From Fimbriimonadales bacterium (GTDB taxonomy: Bacteria; Armatimonadota; Fimbriimonadia; Fimbriimonadales; JABRVX01): a DNA stretch of 64,000 nt. The DNA is taken from assembly GCA_045862955.1 (NCBI GenBank), contig BTVI01000005.1, forward strand, positions 1 to 64,000. Direction: 5' to 3'. The notes below the pieces were generated by a model, which saw only the letters and a program-made list of their open reading frames with translations, was not told where the DNA came from and ran no database searches. Below, piece after piece: positions 50,178-61,726 of the stretch. Both the position numbers and the translations under genes were made by a program. Position 1 is the stretch's first letter. Every line of letters begins with the position of its first letter.

Positions 50178-52118
50178 CTAGAGCCCGACCTGCTCGAGGG
50201 AGTAGCACTCGATGAGGTCCCCTTCGGCGTAGCCAGTGAACCCTTCGAGCTGAATACCGCACTCGAAGCCCGCCGCCATCTCCCGCACGTCCTCTTTGAC
50301 GTGCTTTAGCGAGGCGATAGAGCCGTCGAACAGGGGCTCTTCGACACCCGGACGTCGGACCCGAGCACGGGCGCTGCGCAGGATCTTCCCTTCTGTCACG
50401 TAACACCCAGCGACGGTATAGCCTTTCGAGAGCTTGAAGACCTTTCGGATTTCGGCGACCCCGTGGAGCACCTCCTCGAACTTCGGAGCGAGCAGGCCCT
50501 TGGCGGCCAACTCCATATCTTCCAGTAGCTCGTAGATGATGCTGTACTGGCGCACGTCTATGTTCTGGTCCTTGGCCGCCCTCTTGGCTCCCGGCTCGAT
50601 GCCGGTGTTGAAGGCGACGCACACCGCTGATGCGGCGCGTGCGAGAAGAATGTCGTTTTCGGTGATCGAGCCGACGCCTTGGGATATCACCTTGACCTTG
50701 ACGTCTTCGAACTCGAGTTTGTTGAGCTGCTCGGCGATAGCCTCGACCGAACCGCGCACGTCGGCTCGAAGGATGATGTTCAGCTCTCTAGTCTCGCTCT
50801 CGGCCATGGAGCGGAGGAGGTCCTGGAGGCTGGCCCTGTGGTGGGGTGTGGGTGCCATGCTCTGCTCACGAAGGGCCATTTTCACCTCTTCGGCCTTCGC
50901 GCGCGCCTCGCGCTCGTTCTTACAGGCAACCACCTTGTCTCCAGCGTTTGGCGGTTCGGAGAGGCCGAGCACCTCGACCGGAGTGCCGGGACCCGCCTCG
51001 GTCACCGTCTTGCCTTCGAAGTCGCTCATCGCCCGCACGGTGCCGTATGCTCCCGACACCTGAATGGCATCGCCTCTCCGAAGGGTGCCCTCGTGGACGA
51101 GAATGGTGGCTACGGGCCCCCGCCCCTTGTCCAACTTGGCCTCGATCACCACCGCGTCGAGTGGCGCCTTGGGGTCGGCCGCGATCTCGGCCATGTCGGC
51201 TACCAAAAGGATCATCTCGAGCAGGTGGGGGACGCCGTCGCCCGTCAGTGCCGAGATGTTGCAAACAACGGTCTCGCCGCCCCAGTCTTCGGGCACGAGG
51301 CCATGCTCCGTGAGCTGCTGCTTCACGCGCTCGGGGTTCGCGTCGGGCTTGTCGCACTTGTTGATGGCGACGATGATGGGGACGCCGGCACTTTTCGCGT
51401 GGTCTATGGCCTCGCGGGTCTGCGGCATGATGCCGTCGTCGGCGGCAACCACCAAGATTGCGATATCGGTGACCTGAGCGCCTCGCGCACGCATGGCGGT
51501 GAAGGCCTCGTGGCCGGGGGTGTCCAGGAAGGTGATCTTGCGCCCCTCCGCCTCCACCTGGTAGGCACCGATGTGTTGCGTGATGCCGCCCGCCTCCCCC
51601 GCGGCCACTGCGGAGTGGCGGATATGGTCCAGAAGCGTGGTCTTGCCGTGGTCTACGTGGCCGAGGATGGTGACGATGGGTGGGCGAGGCTGTGCACCCG
51701 TCTTCGGCTTAGGCTTGTGAGCGGCGGGCTTGGGGGGGGCAGCGGGGGTGGTGCCCTCGTCCCACTCCAGAATGTAACCGAGTTCGTCGGCGAGCTGCTC
51801 CACGACCTCCGGCTTGAGGCGTTGTGTCAGGCCGACCAAGAGGCCGTCCTGCATCAGCCGCTTTTGCAGTTCTTCCGGCTTGGTGTCGAACACCTTGGCG
51901 AGGGAGCGCACCGTCTGGTTGGGCTTGACGTACACGCGGTCGTTGTCGAAGGATTCGTCCTGAACGAGTTCCCTGGCGGCCTCGATCACGTCCTCGGACA
52001 GCTCGGGGTCGTCGGTCTTGACTTCGACCCCGACCTGTTGCAAGACGCGAAGAAGCTGGTGCGGCAGGATGCCCAGTTCTTTTGCCAGATCACTCAGTTT
52101 CAGTTTGGTTACCGCCAA
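50178..52118 (-). CDS. infB: Translation initiation factor IF-2
   Basis: [31 protein letters not shown] and ECGI; TTG start. Confidence 0.98.
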   Translation of the reverse strand: MAVTKLKLSDLAKELGILPHQLLRVLQQVGVEVKTDDPELSEDVIEAARELVQDESFDNDRVYVKPNQTVRSLAKVFDTKPEELQKRLMQDGLLVGLTQRLKPEVVEQLADELGYILEWDEGTTPAAPPKPAAHKPKPKTGAQPRPPIVTILGHVDHGKTTLLDHIRHSAVAAGEAGGITQHIGAYQVEAEGRKITFLDTPGHEAFTAMRARGAQVTDIAILVVAADDGIMPQTREAIDHAKSAGVPIIVAINKCDKPDANPERVKQQLTEHGLVPEDWGGETVVCNISALTGDGVPHLLEMILLVADMAEIAADPKAPLDAVVIEAKLDKGRGPVATILVHEGTLRRGDAIQVSGAYGTVRAMSDFEGKTVTEAGPGTPVEVLGLSEPPNAGDKVVACKNEREARAKAEEVKMALREQSMAPTPHHRASLQDLLRSMAESETRELNIILRADVRGSVEAIAEQLNKLEFEDVKVKVISQGVGSITENDILLARAASAVCVAFNTGIEPGAKRAAKDQNIDVRQYSIIYELLEDMELAAKGLLAPKFEEVLHGVAEIRKVFKLSKGYTVAGCYVTEGKILRSARARVRRPGVEEPLFDGSIASLKHVKEDVREMAAGFECGIQLEGFTGYAEGDLIECYSLEQVGL

Positions 52119-52392
52119 TATTCACCTCGTTTTCCCAGGTCGCCACGAACTCCTCGATAGCATTTTTGGCTACCGAGCGGCGAAAGGCTCGTTCGAACCT
52201 GCCGCGCTTCGCAGCAGCTCGCGCGCACGCTGCGCCGCACACGTAAGCGCCTCGGCCGGGCAAGCGGTTGCGCTGGTCCCGCCGAAGCCGGCCTTTCGGG
52301 TCGAGGGCCAGCCGAACCAGATCGCCTTTTGCAGCCTTGCGCGCACAGCCCACGCAGGTGCGGACCGGTACATGACTTCTGCCGTCGCCCAT
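52090..52392 (-). CDS. ylxR: YlxR/DUF448 RNA-binding protein
   Basis: PVRTCVGC, LVRL and GRGAYVC...C; directly upstream of infB. Confidence 0.92.
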   Translation of the reverse strand: MGDGRSHVPVRTCVGCARKAAKGDLVRLALDPKGRLRRDQRNRLPGRGAYVCGAACARAAAKRGRFERAFRRSVAKNAIEEFVATWENEVNIGGNQTETE

Positions 52393-52533
52393 CTCGCATC
52401 CGTTCGCGCCGCTGCGCGGCACACGATCCCGGGATAACGCATCATTATACCCGCGAACGCCCGGCGTCCCGGCTTCGAACCTGGGCCCCGATGGCCGAGC
52501 CCAATCCTGGGGAAGGCATAATAGCCCTTAGGT

Positions 52534-55500
52534 ATGAGTTCCCTGTTCCTAGAGACGCTGCAGAAGCGCTTGCTGATTTTCGACGGTGCGACCGGTACAT
52601 CGCTGCAGGCCGCGGGTCTAACGGCTGCCGACTTCGACGGTCTGGAAGGCTGCAATGAGATACTGAATGCTACTCGGCCGGACGTGGTGGCATCTCTAGC
52701 ACGGGGGTATTTCGAGGCAGGCGCCGATGCCGTGGAGACCAATAGCTTCGGTGCAAACTGCATGAACCTGGGCGAGTACGGCATTGCCGACAGGACGCGC
52801 GAGCTGAGCAGGTTGGCCGCGTCCATAGCGAAAGAGGTGGCAGCCGAGTTCTCGACACCTGATAGGCCACGGTTCGTGGTCGGCTCGATGGGCCCTGGGA
52901 CGAAGCTGGTCACGATGGGGATGATCGGCTTCGACGAGCTGCTCGCCAGCTATCGTGAGAACGCACTGGGGCTGATCGAAGGCGGCGCCGACGCACTGAT
53001 GATCGAGACGTGCCAGGATCTGCTGCAAGCCAAGTGCGCGGTGATTGCGGCATGCGAGGCCTTCTCGGAGTCGGGTGGCAAGCTACCGCTCATCGTCTCG
53101 GTAACCATGGAAAGCAACGGCAAGATGTTGCTGGGCACCGAGATCGGCGCGGCGCTAACAACCCTAGAAGCGTTTCCGGAAGTGGATGTCATCGGCCTGA
53201 ACTGCGCGACCGGGCCGCAGGAAATGGTAGCGCACGTTCGCTACCTGAGTGCGCACTCACAGAGGCCGATCAGCGTGCTTCCGAATGCCGGGCTTCCGCA
53301 AATGGTGGATGGCAAGGCACACTATCCGCTATCCCCCGAAGAGCTGGTGGAATACCACTCGCTCTTCGTGCACGAGTTCGGGGTGAACATCGTAGGTGGT
53401 TGCTGCGGGACTACCACAGAGCACATCCGTGCAGTGTCACAGGCATTGGCGGGTGCGATGCCCGCAAGGCGTAACCCTCACCATGTCCCCGCGTGTGCGA
53501 GCCTGTATCAGCAGGTGCCCTATCAGCAGGACACTAGCTTCTTGATCGTGGGTGAGCGGACCAACGCCAATGGAAGCCGAAAGTTCCGCGATCTCCTGCT
53601 GGCAGGGGACTGGGACGAGATGGCGCAGATGGCACGCGATCAGGAGCGCGAGGGCGCACACGTGCTCGATGTGTGCATGGCATACGTAGGGCGAGACGAG
53701 GTCGCGGATGCAACCACACTGATCCCTCTTATCAATCAGCAGGCCACCATTCCGATCATGATCGACTCCACCCAGCCCGAGGTCATGGAGGCGGCGCTAA
53801 AGCTGATCTCCGGCAAGCCTATCGTGAACTCGGTGAACTTGGAGGACGGTGGCGAGCGTCTGCGCAGAGTGCTGGCCCTGTGTCGTAGGTACGGTGCAGC
53901 AGTCGTAGCACTCACGATTGACGAAGAGGGCATGGCGAAGACCGTAGACCACAAGCTGCAAGTAGCCGAGCGGCTGCACCGGATCGCCACACAGGAATTC
54001 GGCATTGCACCCGAGGACATCTTCTTCGATGCGCTGACATTCACGCTGGGCAGTGGGGATGAGGAGTTTCGCGGGGCGGGCGCTAATACCATAGCTGCAG
54101 TGCGTGAAATCAAGAGACGCTGGCCGGAGTGCAATACGCTGTTAGGTGTCAGCAACATCTCCTTCGGTCTGAAGCCTGCTGCGAGGGTGGCACTCAACTC
54201 CGTGTTTCTTCACTATGCGTTGGAAGCAGGCCTGGACGCTGCCATCGTTCATGCGGGCAAGATCGTGCCTTTGAACCGCATTGACCCCGAGGTTCGGGAG
54301 ATCGCCCGACGTCTCATCTTCGACGAGAGGGTGGATGGTGAGGACCCGCTGCACGCCCTCATGGCACTCTTTCGTGAAGACGTTGCGGTCGAGCCGACCA
54401 CCGAGGACCTAACCGCCCTGCCTATCGAAGAAAGACTGCAGAGGCACATTGTGGATGGTGTCAAGACGTCGCTCGAGGCATCGCTCGATGAAGCGCTCAC
54501 GACGTACGAACCGTTGGCTATCATCAACGAGATTCTGCTGCAAGGGATGAAGACGGTGGGCGAGCTTTTCGCCTCGGGCGAGATGCAACTGCCGTTCGTG
54601 CTACAGAGCGCCGAGGTGATGAAGCGCGCAGTGACATACCTGCAGCCCAAGATGCAGAAGGTCGAGGGGGCTTCTCGGGGCAAGCTGGTGCTAGCGACCG
54701 TCGCGGGAGACGTTCACGACATCGGCAAGAATCTCGTGGACATCATCCTTAGCAACAACGGCTACGAGGTGGTCAATCTCGGTATCAAGCAGCCCATCGC
54801 GAACATCCTCAAAGCGTACGAGGAAACGGGCGCGGATGCGATTGGGATGAGTGGCTTGTTAGTGAAGTCCACGCTGATCATGCGCGAGAACTTGGAGGAG
54901 ATGAACCGCCTCGGATTGTTCAGTGCGCCTGTGCTGTTGGGTGGAGCTGCGTTGACACGTAGCTACGTGGAGAATGAGCTACGTAACATCTACCACGGCA
55001 AGGTGTTCTATGCGCAAGACGCATTCGAGGGATTACGCCTGATGGACGAGGTGATGAAGGGACCTGCCGCGATGGAGGAGCTGTATCGCAGGTCTGCCCC
55101 CACGACGCACTCGGAAGTCAGGCTGCCAACGGCGACAGCGGGCACGACCGACACTCGACGCAGTGACGTGTCCCCCGATGTGCCTATTCCCGAACCGCCG
55201 TTCTGGGGCGTCCGTGTGGTCGACGACATAGATGTGTGGGACGTGTACCCCTTCGTAAATTCCGAGGTCGCTCTGTTTCGCGGGCAGTGGCAGATGCGCA
55301 GAGGCAAGCTGACGAAGGAGGAGTTCGAACGGCTACTAGAAGAGGTTGCACGCCCGACCTACGAGCGACTGAAGAAGCAGTGTGCAGAGGAACGACTGTT
55401 AGTGCCGAAGGTGGTGTACGGGTATTTCCCGGCCCAGTCCGAGGGTAACGACCTGATCGTGTACCACGAGGATCGCAAGACGGAACGCCTGCGGTTCACG

Positions 55501-55983
55501 TTTCCTCGGCAGGCGTCGGATCGCAGGCTCTGCTTGGCGGACTTTTTTGCTCCCAAAGACAGTGGCCGAATGGATGTCGTGTGCTTCACCTGTGTAACGG
55601 TGGGCAGCCGCATCTCCGAGTACGAGAGAGAGCGGTTTGCCGCAGGAGACTATCAGGAGTACCTGTACCTCCACGGCATGGGAGTGGAAGTTGCGGAAGG
55701 CTTGGCCGAGTACTGGCACAAGAAGGTGCGAGAGGAGTTGGGGATCGCAGACAAGGATGCCAAAGAGATCCGACTGCTGTTCAGCATGAGCTACCAGGGG
55801 GCACGCTATAGCTTCGGCTATCCGGCATGTCCGAACCTGGAGGACCAGCGGCTCTTGTTCGAGCTGCTCGACCCCAGCCGCATCGGGGTGGATCTGACCG
55901 AGGAGTGTCACATGGTGCCGGAGCAGTCCACGTCTGCGATCATCTGTCATCACCCGGAGGCTAGGTACTTCAACATCCGGTAG
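52534..55983 (+). CDS. metH: Cobalamin-dependent methionine synthase
   Basis: DGATGT, GLNCATGP, GGCCGT, GERTNANGS, DVHDIGKN and RYSFGYPACP. Confidence 0.98.
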   Translation: MSSLFLETLQKRLLIFDGATGTSLQAAGLTAADFDGLEGCNEILNATRPDVVASLARGYFEAGADAVETNSFGANCMNLGEYGIADRTRELSRLAASIAKEVAAEFSTPDRPRFVVGSMGPGTKLVTMGMIGFDELLASYRENALGLIEGGADALMIETCQDLLQAKCAVIAACEAFSESGGKLPLIVSVTMESNGKMLLGTEIGAALTTLEAFPEVDVIGLNCATGPQEMVAHVRYLSAHSQRPISVLPNAGLPQMVDGKAHYPLSPEELVEYHSLFVHEFGVNIVGGCCGTTTEHIRAVSQALAGAMPARRNPHHVPACASLYQQVPYQQDTSFLIVGERTNANGSRKFRDLLLAGDWDEMAQMARDQEREGAHVLDVCMAYVGRDEVADATTLIPLINQQATIPIMIDSTQPEVMEAALKLISGKPIVNSVNLEDGGERLRRVLALCRRYGAAVVALTIDEEGMAKTVDHKLQVAERLHRIATQEFGIAPEDIFFDALTFTLGSGDEEFRGAGANTIAAVREIKRRWPECNTLLGVSNISFGLKPAARVALNSVFLHYALEAGLDAAIVHAGKIVPLNRIDPEVREIARRLIFDERVDGEDPLHALMALFREDVAVEPTTEDLTALPIEERLQRHIVDGVKTSLEASLDEALTTYEPLAIINEILLQGMKTVGELFASGEMQLPFVLQSAEVMKRAVTYLQPKMQKVEGASRGKLVLATVAGDVHDIGKNLVDIILSNNGYEVVNLGIKQPIANILKAYEETGADAIGMSGLLVKSTLIMRENLEEMNRLGLFSAPVLLGGAALTRSYVENELRNIYHGKVFYAQDAFEGLRLMDEVMKGPAAMEELYRRSAPTTHSEVRLPTATAGTTDTRRSDVSPDVPIPEPPFWGVRVVDDIDVWDVYPFVNSEVALFRGQWQMRRGKLTKEEFERLLEEVARPTYERLKKQCAEERLLVPKVVYGYFPAQSEGNDLIVYHEDRKTERLRFTFPRQASDRRLCLADFFAPKDSGRMDVVCFTCVTVGSRISEYERERFAAGDYQEYLYLHGMGVEVAEGLAEYWHKKVREELGIADKDAKEIRLLFSMSYQGARYSFGYPACPNLEDQRLLFELLDPSRIGVDLTEECHMVPEQSTSAIICHHPEARYFNIR

Positions 55984-56029
55984 TTCCTCTGGCGATCGTG
56001 TGACCCTAACCACTTCGCATGGATGGGTC

Positions 56030-57700
56030 GGGGAGGGCGTGCAGCCGTCCGGAACCGTCATGCTGAGCCTGTCGAAGCATGCGCCCTTGGGTGCCAAGGC
56101 CAACGAGTGAACTCGAGGACGTGCGGCTGGCGGGGTCTGGGAGGGCGTGCAGCCGTCCGGGACCGTCATGCTGAGCCTGTCGAAGCATGCGCCCGTGGGT
56201 GCCAAGGCCAACGAGTGAACCCGAAGACGTGCGGCTGGTGGGGTCATGCTTCGACTGGCTCAGCATGACGAAGGGTGTGGTATGACATCGGGTCGGCATG
56301 GCGTGAGGTCCTGCATGGCGAACGGTTTGCTATTGGCGGCAGGCTTGGCATGGTCACAGGTTCGGTATGGCGTCGCCGGTGATCCACCCTCTGAGCGTTG
56401 ATGGCTCAGGGAGAAGGAAGCACCGCACCCGGGGCGCGTCCCAAACCGTCATGCTGAGCCTGTCGAAGCATGCGCCCGTGGGTACCAAGGCCAACGAGTG
56501 AACTCGAAGACGTGCGGCTGGTGGGGTCTGGGAGGGCGTGCAGCCGTCCGGGACCGTCATGCTGAGCCTGTCGCAGCATGCGCCCGTGGGTGCCAGGGCC
56601 AACGAGTGAATTCGAAGACGTGCGGCTGGCGGGGTCATGCTTCGACAGGCTCAGCATGACGGAGGGTTCAGCGTGGCGATCCAAAGACGTGCGGTCGGCG
56701 GGGTCATGCTTCGACAGGCTCAGCATGACGAAGGGGCTGGTATGACGACGGGTCGGTATGGCGACAAGCTCAGCATGGTCACAGGCTTGGCATGGTGGCA
56801 GGTTCGGTATGGCGCCGCCGGTGATCCACCCTCTGAGCGTTGGTGGCTCAGGGAGAAGGAAGCACCGCACCCGGGGCGCGTCCCAAACCGTCATGCTGAG
56901 CCTGTCGAAGCATGCGCCCGTGGGTACCAAGGCCACCGCGTGAACTCGAAGACGTGCGGCTGGTGGGGTCATGCTTCGACAGGCTCAGCATGACGAAGGG
57001 TGTGGTACTGGCGACAGGCTCAGCATGACGAAGGGTTCAGCGTGGCGATCCAAAGACGTGCGGTCTGCGGGGTCATGCTTCGACAGGCTCAGCATGACGA
57101 AGGGGCTGGTATGACGACGGGTCGGTATGGCGACAGGCTCAGCATGACGGAGGGTGTGGTATGACATCAGGTCGGCATGGCGTGAGGTCCTGCATGGCGA
57201 ACGGTCTGCTATGGGCGGCAGGCTTGGCATGGTCACAGGTTCGGCGTGGAGATTCGAAAACGGGCGGTCAGCGGGGTCATGCTTCGACAGGCTCAGCATG
57301 ACGAAGGGTGTGGTATTGGCGGCAGGCTTGGCATGATCACAGGTTCAGCGTGGCGATTCGAAGACGTGCGGCTGGCGGGGTCATGCTTCGACAAGCTCAG
57401 CATGACGAAGGGTGTGGTATTGGCGACAGGCTCAGCATGACGAAGGGTTCAGCGTGGCGATCCAAAGACGTGCGGTCGGCGGGGTCATGCTTCGACAGGC
57501 TCAGCATGTCGAAGGGGCTGGTATGACGACGGGTCGGTATGGCGACGGGCTCAGCATGACGGAGGGTGTGGTATGACATCAGGTCGGCATGGCGTGAGGT
57601 ACTGCATGACGAAGGGGCTGGTATGACGACAGGCTCAGCATGGTCACAGGTTTGGCATGGTGACAGGTTCGGTATGCCGTCGCCGGTGATCCACCCTCTG
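56030..57700. repeat. ~1.7-kb mosaic array of REP-like family A palindromes
   Basis: About 13 full and several half copies of GTCATGCTGAGCCTGTCGAAGCATG in both orientations, with recurring linkers. Confidence 0.95.
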
Positions 57701-57733
57701 CGCATGGTGAGGAGTAGCAGCGCGGCGTAGGAA

Positions 57734-57773
57734 ACCCTCACCCCAACCCTCTCCCTTTCAAAAGGGAGAGGGA
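57734..57773. repeat. REP-like family B copy
   Basis: ACCCTCACCCCAACCCTCTCCCTTTCAAAAGGGAGAGGG. Confidence 0.75.
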
Positions 57774-57830
57774 GGGGGAGCCCCTCCCTCTGCAGCGGTG
57801 TCCACAATGATGGCTAACGCATGCGCGGAC

Positions 57831-60452
57831 CTACTCCTGCACCACTCGTACTGTGAGAAACAGTACCACCTCGGACCCGGTCTTGGTCTTCGAGCGATGG
57901 CGGAATAGCTGTCCCAAGAAGGGCAGGTCACCTAACAGCGGCACCTTGGTCATCGTCATCAGCTCTTCTTCGCGGATGAGGCCGCCGATGACGATGGTCT
58001 CGCCGTCCCTCATGCGGATGTTAGTGTCCACGTTGCGCGATGCCACCTGCGGGAGCTTCCCGCCACCGGGTACGTCGTTGAACGCAGTGATGAGGCTCAC
58101 GTCGGTCGCCAATGACAGTGTCACGCTGTTGTCGGGTGCTACGCGAGGCGTGGCGTTCAGCAGGATGCCGGCTTGGACCTCGCCGATGGTGATGGTCGGA
58201 CCGGTGGTAGTCTGCGATATCTGCTCGACGTACTTCACGATGTCGCCGATGAAGATTCTCGCCGGCCTGCCATCCAGCGCCGACACCTTGGGACTGGCTA
58301 GCAACTTGGATCTCTTACTTACTACCAGGGCGTCCAAGATGCCGTTGATAGATCCGATGAAGGTTTTCGGATTGAACGACATGTTGAACGTGTTGACGAT
58401 GGGATCGCCGAGCGTCTCGAACGTTCGCTGCCAGTCGTTAGTAGTATTGTACTGGTTCCTCTGCTCGAAGGTATTGTTACCCACCTTATCGTTCAGCTGC
58501 GAGTTGCCGTCGCGTACGTTCTGCTGAGTCTCGCCGGTACTGGCACGCTCGATGTTCTGAACGTTGATGACACCGTTGTCGAATAGGTCCCACTTGACAC
58601 CCAGCTTGTCCAAGTCGTCGCGCAGAACGTCCATGACCTTGGCCTCTATGACCACCTGCGGCTCCGGCTTGTCGAGCTGAGCTAGCAGCTGCAGTGCCTG
58701 CCCGACCTGCTCTTTGGGGCCGGTCACTAACAGGTGCCGAGAGGGCTCGGGTTCCCGTTGCTGTGTCTTCACTCCGGCGGGCACGATGGTCATCGGACCT
58801 TCGGTTACCTTCACCCCAGGGATGAGGCTCGATGTGCCGTCGCCCGACTTGCCACCCGAATCGGTTCCGCCGGAGAAGAGGGATTGTAGCGAGCGGCTGC
58901 TCAGGTGCTTGGCGACGTACACCTCGGTAACCTGATCGAACGGCACGTCGAGAACGGCGAGAATTTCGAGAGCCTTATCTACCGCCGCTCGCGGGCCCTT
59001 CAGAACCAGCTTGCGATCGTCGCCGCTCGCAGGGCCCGTTTCGCCGCCGCCTGCCGGCTTCGTCTCCGTCTTGGCAGCTTCTTCCTGCGCGGCGCCGCCG
59101 GCCTCTTGCGGCTCCTCGGGCACAGCGCCACCGGTCGTCTTCGTGGTCGCGGCCTGTTCCGTGTCCTTTGCCTTGGCCGCAGACGCGCCGGCCTGGGCTC
59201 CTTTGGCCTGCTTAGCAGCCATGCCGAGGGCGGAAGGGCCCACCATCGCTAGCACGCCGGGCACCAGGTTCTTCGCTCCCTGGAAGTAAGTCTTCAGGTC
59301 GTGAGCGTCACGGTGGCGCGCGGTGTAGATCTCGATCACCTCATCCTGCGAGAGGTGCGTAGTGAGCAGCATTCGCGCGCGTTGCACCTCTGGAGCCGGT
59401 CCCCGAATGGCTACCACCGGCGCTCCGCCAGCAGGCCCGGGCATCACCTTGACGCTCGGCATGAGCGATTGTAGGGACTCCGCGATCTCCTGTGGCGAGC
59501 CTGTCACTGGCACGAACTCCGTGACATCCTGAAGCGGTACATCCTGCTGACCGGGAGGCGCCTCGGTGGTAGCGAAGCGCTTCAGGAAATCCTCGGTGCC
59601 GACAACGTAGGTTCGGCCGACCAGCGCGTAGCGATACCCGGCCATGGTGGTGATTAGTTCGAGTGCGGTTCGCACACTCTCGTCGCGCATCGAGACGGTG
59701 ATCTCCCCCTTCACGTCCGGTGCAGTGACGATGTTCACACCGGCGTTCTGGGCGAGTGCGCGCAGGATAACCACCACGTCGGCCTTCGGGAACTCGAGCG
59801 AGACCTTGGCATCCGGCACCGGCGGCCGCTGAGCCGCTTGGGGAGCCGCGGCACGCACGCGCTGCTGCTGAGTCTCACGCTGCCGCTGCTGTTCTGCCAG
59901 GTCTGCCTTGCCTTCGTAGGTGTTCTGGCGGACGGTGTCAGCAGTCTTCGGAGCTACCGTCGGCATCGGCTCGGAAGCGGGTATCACGGCAGGCGCAACC
60001 GGCTTCGTAGCCGGGTCGACCTTCGGAGTGACATCGGGCTTTGGCGCGACAGCAGGCGACTTTTCCGAGACCACTCCCAGCCAGATCAGCCAGTCGCCGT
60101 TAGATGCTTGCTCCACGACGGGCTGGACGCCTGGGTCGATCCAGGCAAGCACATTGACGACCGGAGGCTTAGCTTTGAACCACCCATACTGGACGTAACG
60201 TACCTTAGGCTGCTTGAGCGAGACGTACTGCGCCTTAATTCCGAGCGAGGCATTGAACGATGCGATCCATGCCTTGCCGGCGTTCGACCGTGAAAATGTA
60301 GGCTGCGGGAGGTCGGTGCCTTGCACACGGACGACTGCGCCGTCGCCCTGCTTGGTCACGGTTACTTTGGTGATGGTCGGCCCTGCCCAAGCCATGCCGG
60401 TGAGCAGCAGGCCGGCCCCCAGAACAACGAAGCTATTTCTTGTCTTCAACAA
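57831..60452 (-). CDS. Secretin (PilQ/GspD family)
   Basis: Signal peptide; N0/N3-like repeats; QVVIEAKV, LGVKW, GETIVIGGL and KVPLLGDLPFLGQLFR. Confidence 0.93.
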   Translation of the reverse strand: MLKTRNSFVVLGAGLLLTGMAWAGPTITKVTVTKQGDGAVVRVQGTDLPQPTFSRSNAGKAWIASFNASLGIKAQYVSLKQPKVRYVQYGWFKAKPPVVNVLAWIDPGVQPVVEQASNGDWLIWLGVVSEKSPAVAPKPDVTPKVDPATKPVAPAVIPASEPMPTVAPKTADTVRQNTYEGKADLAEQQRQRETQQQRVRAAAPQAAQRPPVPDAKVSLEFPKADVVVILRALAQNAGVNIVTAPDVKGEITVSMRDESVRTALELITTMAGYRYALVGRTYVVGTEDFLKRFATTEAPPGQQDVPLQDVTEFVPVTGSPQEIAESLQSLMPSVKVMPGPAGGAPVVAIRGPAPEVQRARMLLTTHLSQDEVIEIYTARHRDAHDLKTYFQGAKNLVPGVLAMVGPSALGMAAKQAKGAQAGASAAKAKDTEQAATTKTTGGAVPEEPQEAGGAAQEEAAKTETKPAGGGETGPASGDDRKLVLKGPRAAVDKALEILAVLDVPFDQVTEVYVAKHLSSRSLQSLFSGGTDSGGKSGDGTSSLIPGVKVTEGPMTIVPAGVKTQQREPEPSRHLLVTGPKEQVGQALQLLAQLDKPEPQVVIEAKVMDVLRDDLDKLGVKWDLFDNGVINVQNIERASTGETQQNVRDGNSQLNDKVGNNTFEQRNQYNTTNDWQRTFETLGDPIVNTFNMSFNPKTFIGSINGILDALVVSKRSKLLASPKVSALDGRPARIFIGDIVKYVEQISQTTTGPTITIGEVQAGILLNATPRVAPDNSVTLSLATDVSLITAFNDVPGGGKLPQVASRNVDTNIRMRDGETIVIGGLIREEELMTMTKVPLLGDLPFLGQLFRHRSKTKTGSEVVLFLTVRVVQE

Positions 60453-61029
60453 CGCCCCCTCCGATTGCCAGAGTCACGGTCTTCTTTAGATGCCGTACGG
60501 TCACGGAACGAGGTGTCACCTTCAGAATGCGAGTCGTGTCGTCTGCCGTGTGGCCCTCGCGAACCAACACCTGTTCTCCCGTGGCATTGCGCAGGACGAC
60601 GATGGGAACGGGTCCGACCACCACCCCGACTGCTTCCCAGCCACAGCCGTTCAGGGCCTTCTCGGCAGGCAGTGATGGAGGTGGGTTGCCGCCGAGCGGC
60701 TCGAGCTTGGGCGAATCGATGGCCTGGGTAGGGCGCTCCGCTTCCGGCGGCCTGAACCGCGTGCCATCCGGCAGACGCCCCGGGCCTGTCTCGGTTGCCG
60801 CCGTTGCACCCGCAGGCTTCGCGAACGGGTCTCGCACCGGCCCGATGCGTACGCCGTCGGGCAGCGGCATCTCTTGCGCCGGCTCGGCGCCCTTGGTCTC
60901 TGCCTGCTTCTTCGGCTGCTTGGGCTCGGGACGCGGCTCGTTCTTCGGCCCTCCTATGAATTGGAGTGCGCCCACGCCGAGCAACGCCACTGCCAAGGCA
61001 CCGACGATGAGAACCTTCTTATCCGCCAC
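60433..61029 (-). CDS. PilP-like protein
   Basis: TM, RDPF motif and C-terminal beta domain (LVREG...ILKVTPRSVTV); lies between PilO and the secretin. Confidence 0.7.
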   Translation of the reverse strand: MADKKVLIVGALAVALLGVGALQFIGGPKNEPRPEPKQPKKQAETKGAEPAQEMPLPDGVRIGPVRDPFAKPAGATAATETGPGRLPDGTRFRPPEAERPTQAIDSPKLEPLGGNPPPSLPAEKALNGCGWEAVGVVVGPVPIVVLRNATGEQVLVREGHTADDTTRILKVTPRSVTVRHLKKTVTLAIGGGVVEDKK

Positions 61030-61726
61030 CGCTCACCCCCTGAGTCGAGCCCGGACGATCCGTGGACGCTCGGGATGGGGACTCCGCGAGGTTTTGTGGT
61101 TTCGTCGGGAAGATGTACGCCCTAACGCCAAAGGTTGCGGTCAGCTTTGGCGGACCTACGTCTCTCGGGTTCGGCGAGGCGCTGATGGACACGGATCTCA
61201 CGGCAATGATCTTCGGGAATCCGCTGACCATTTCGAGGAACTTGAGGACCTGAAGGTACTGGCCGGTGGCCTCGATTTCGAAATCCATCTCCTCGTAAGG
61301 CTTCCGCTCTTCCTTTTTCTTGGAATCGTCCTTCGGTGCACCGGGAGCGGCCTGCTCTTTCTCCTCGCCCGTGGGCTTCGGCTTCTCCTTTTTGGGCACG
61401 GGGCGCACACCGGTAATGCGCAGGCCCGAGGCATGCCCCATCGCCTCTAGCTCGCGGAGCATGGTGGGGACGTAGTCGCGGGTCGGGAGGTTGAGCTCCA
61501 AGTGCGCGACGGCCAGCCGGCTGGAAACCGTGGCGTTTCGCAGCTGCGAGACCTGGCGGCGCAGGGCTTCCGGGTTCTCCAGCTCTTTCGCCAGCTTGTC
61601 GGCTTCGGATTTGACCGACTGCCACTCGGCTGCCTGCATGTAGCTCAGTCCACCGGCGAGGATCAGTGAAATCACCGTCAGTAATAGGAACACACGCTGC
61701 GACTTTGCGAGGGCATCATGAGTCAC
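61019..61726 (-). CDS. pilO: Type IV pilus PilO-like protein
   Basis: TM + coiled coil, LP...VPTML and ATGQYLQVLKFL; start uncertain. Confidence 0.85.
   Translation of the reverse strand: MTHDALAKSQRVFLLLTVISLILAGGLSYMQAAEWQSVKSEADKLAKELENPEALRRQVSQLRNATVSSRLAVAHLELNLPTRDYVPTMLRELEAMGHASGLRITGVRPVPKKEKPKPTGEEKEQAAPGAPKDDSKKKEERKPYEEMDFEIEATGQYLQVLKFLEMVSGFPKIIAVRSVSISASPNPRDVGPPKLTATFGVRAYIFPTKPQNLAESPSRASTDRPGSTQGVSGGG

Noticed and set aside
55984..57830. ORFs containing VMLSLSKH / CFDRLSMT, and a CRISPR interpretation
   Set aside because: These peptides are translations of the palindromic repeat; copies occur in both orientations with reused linkers
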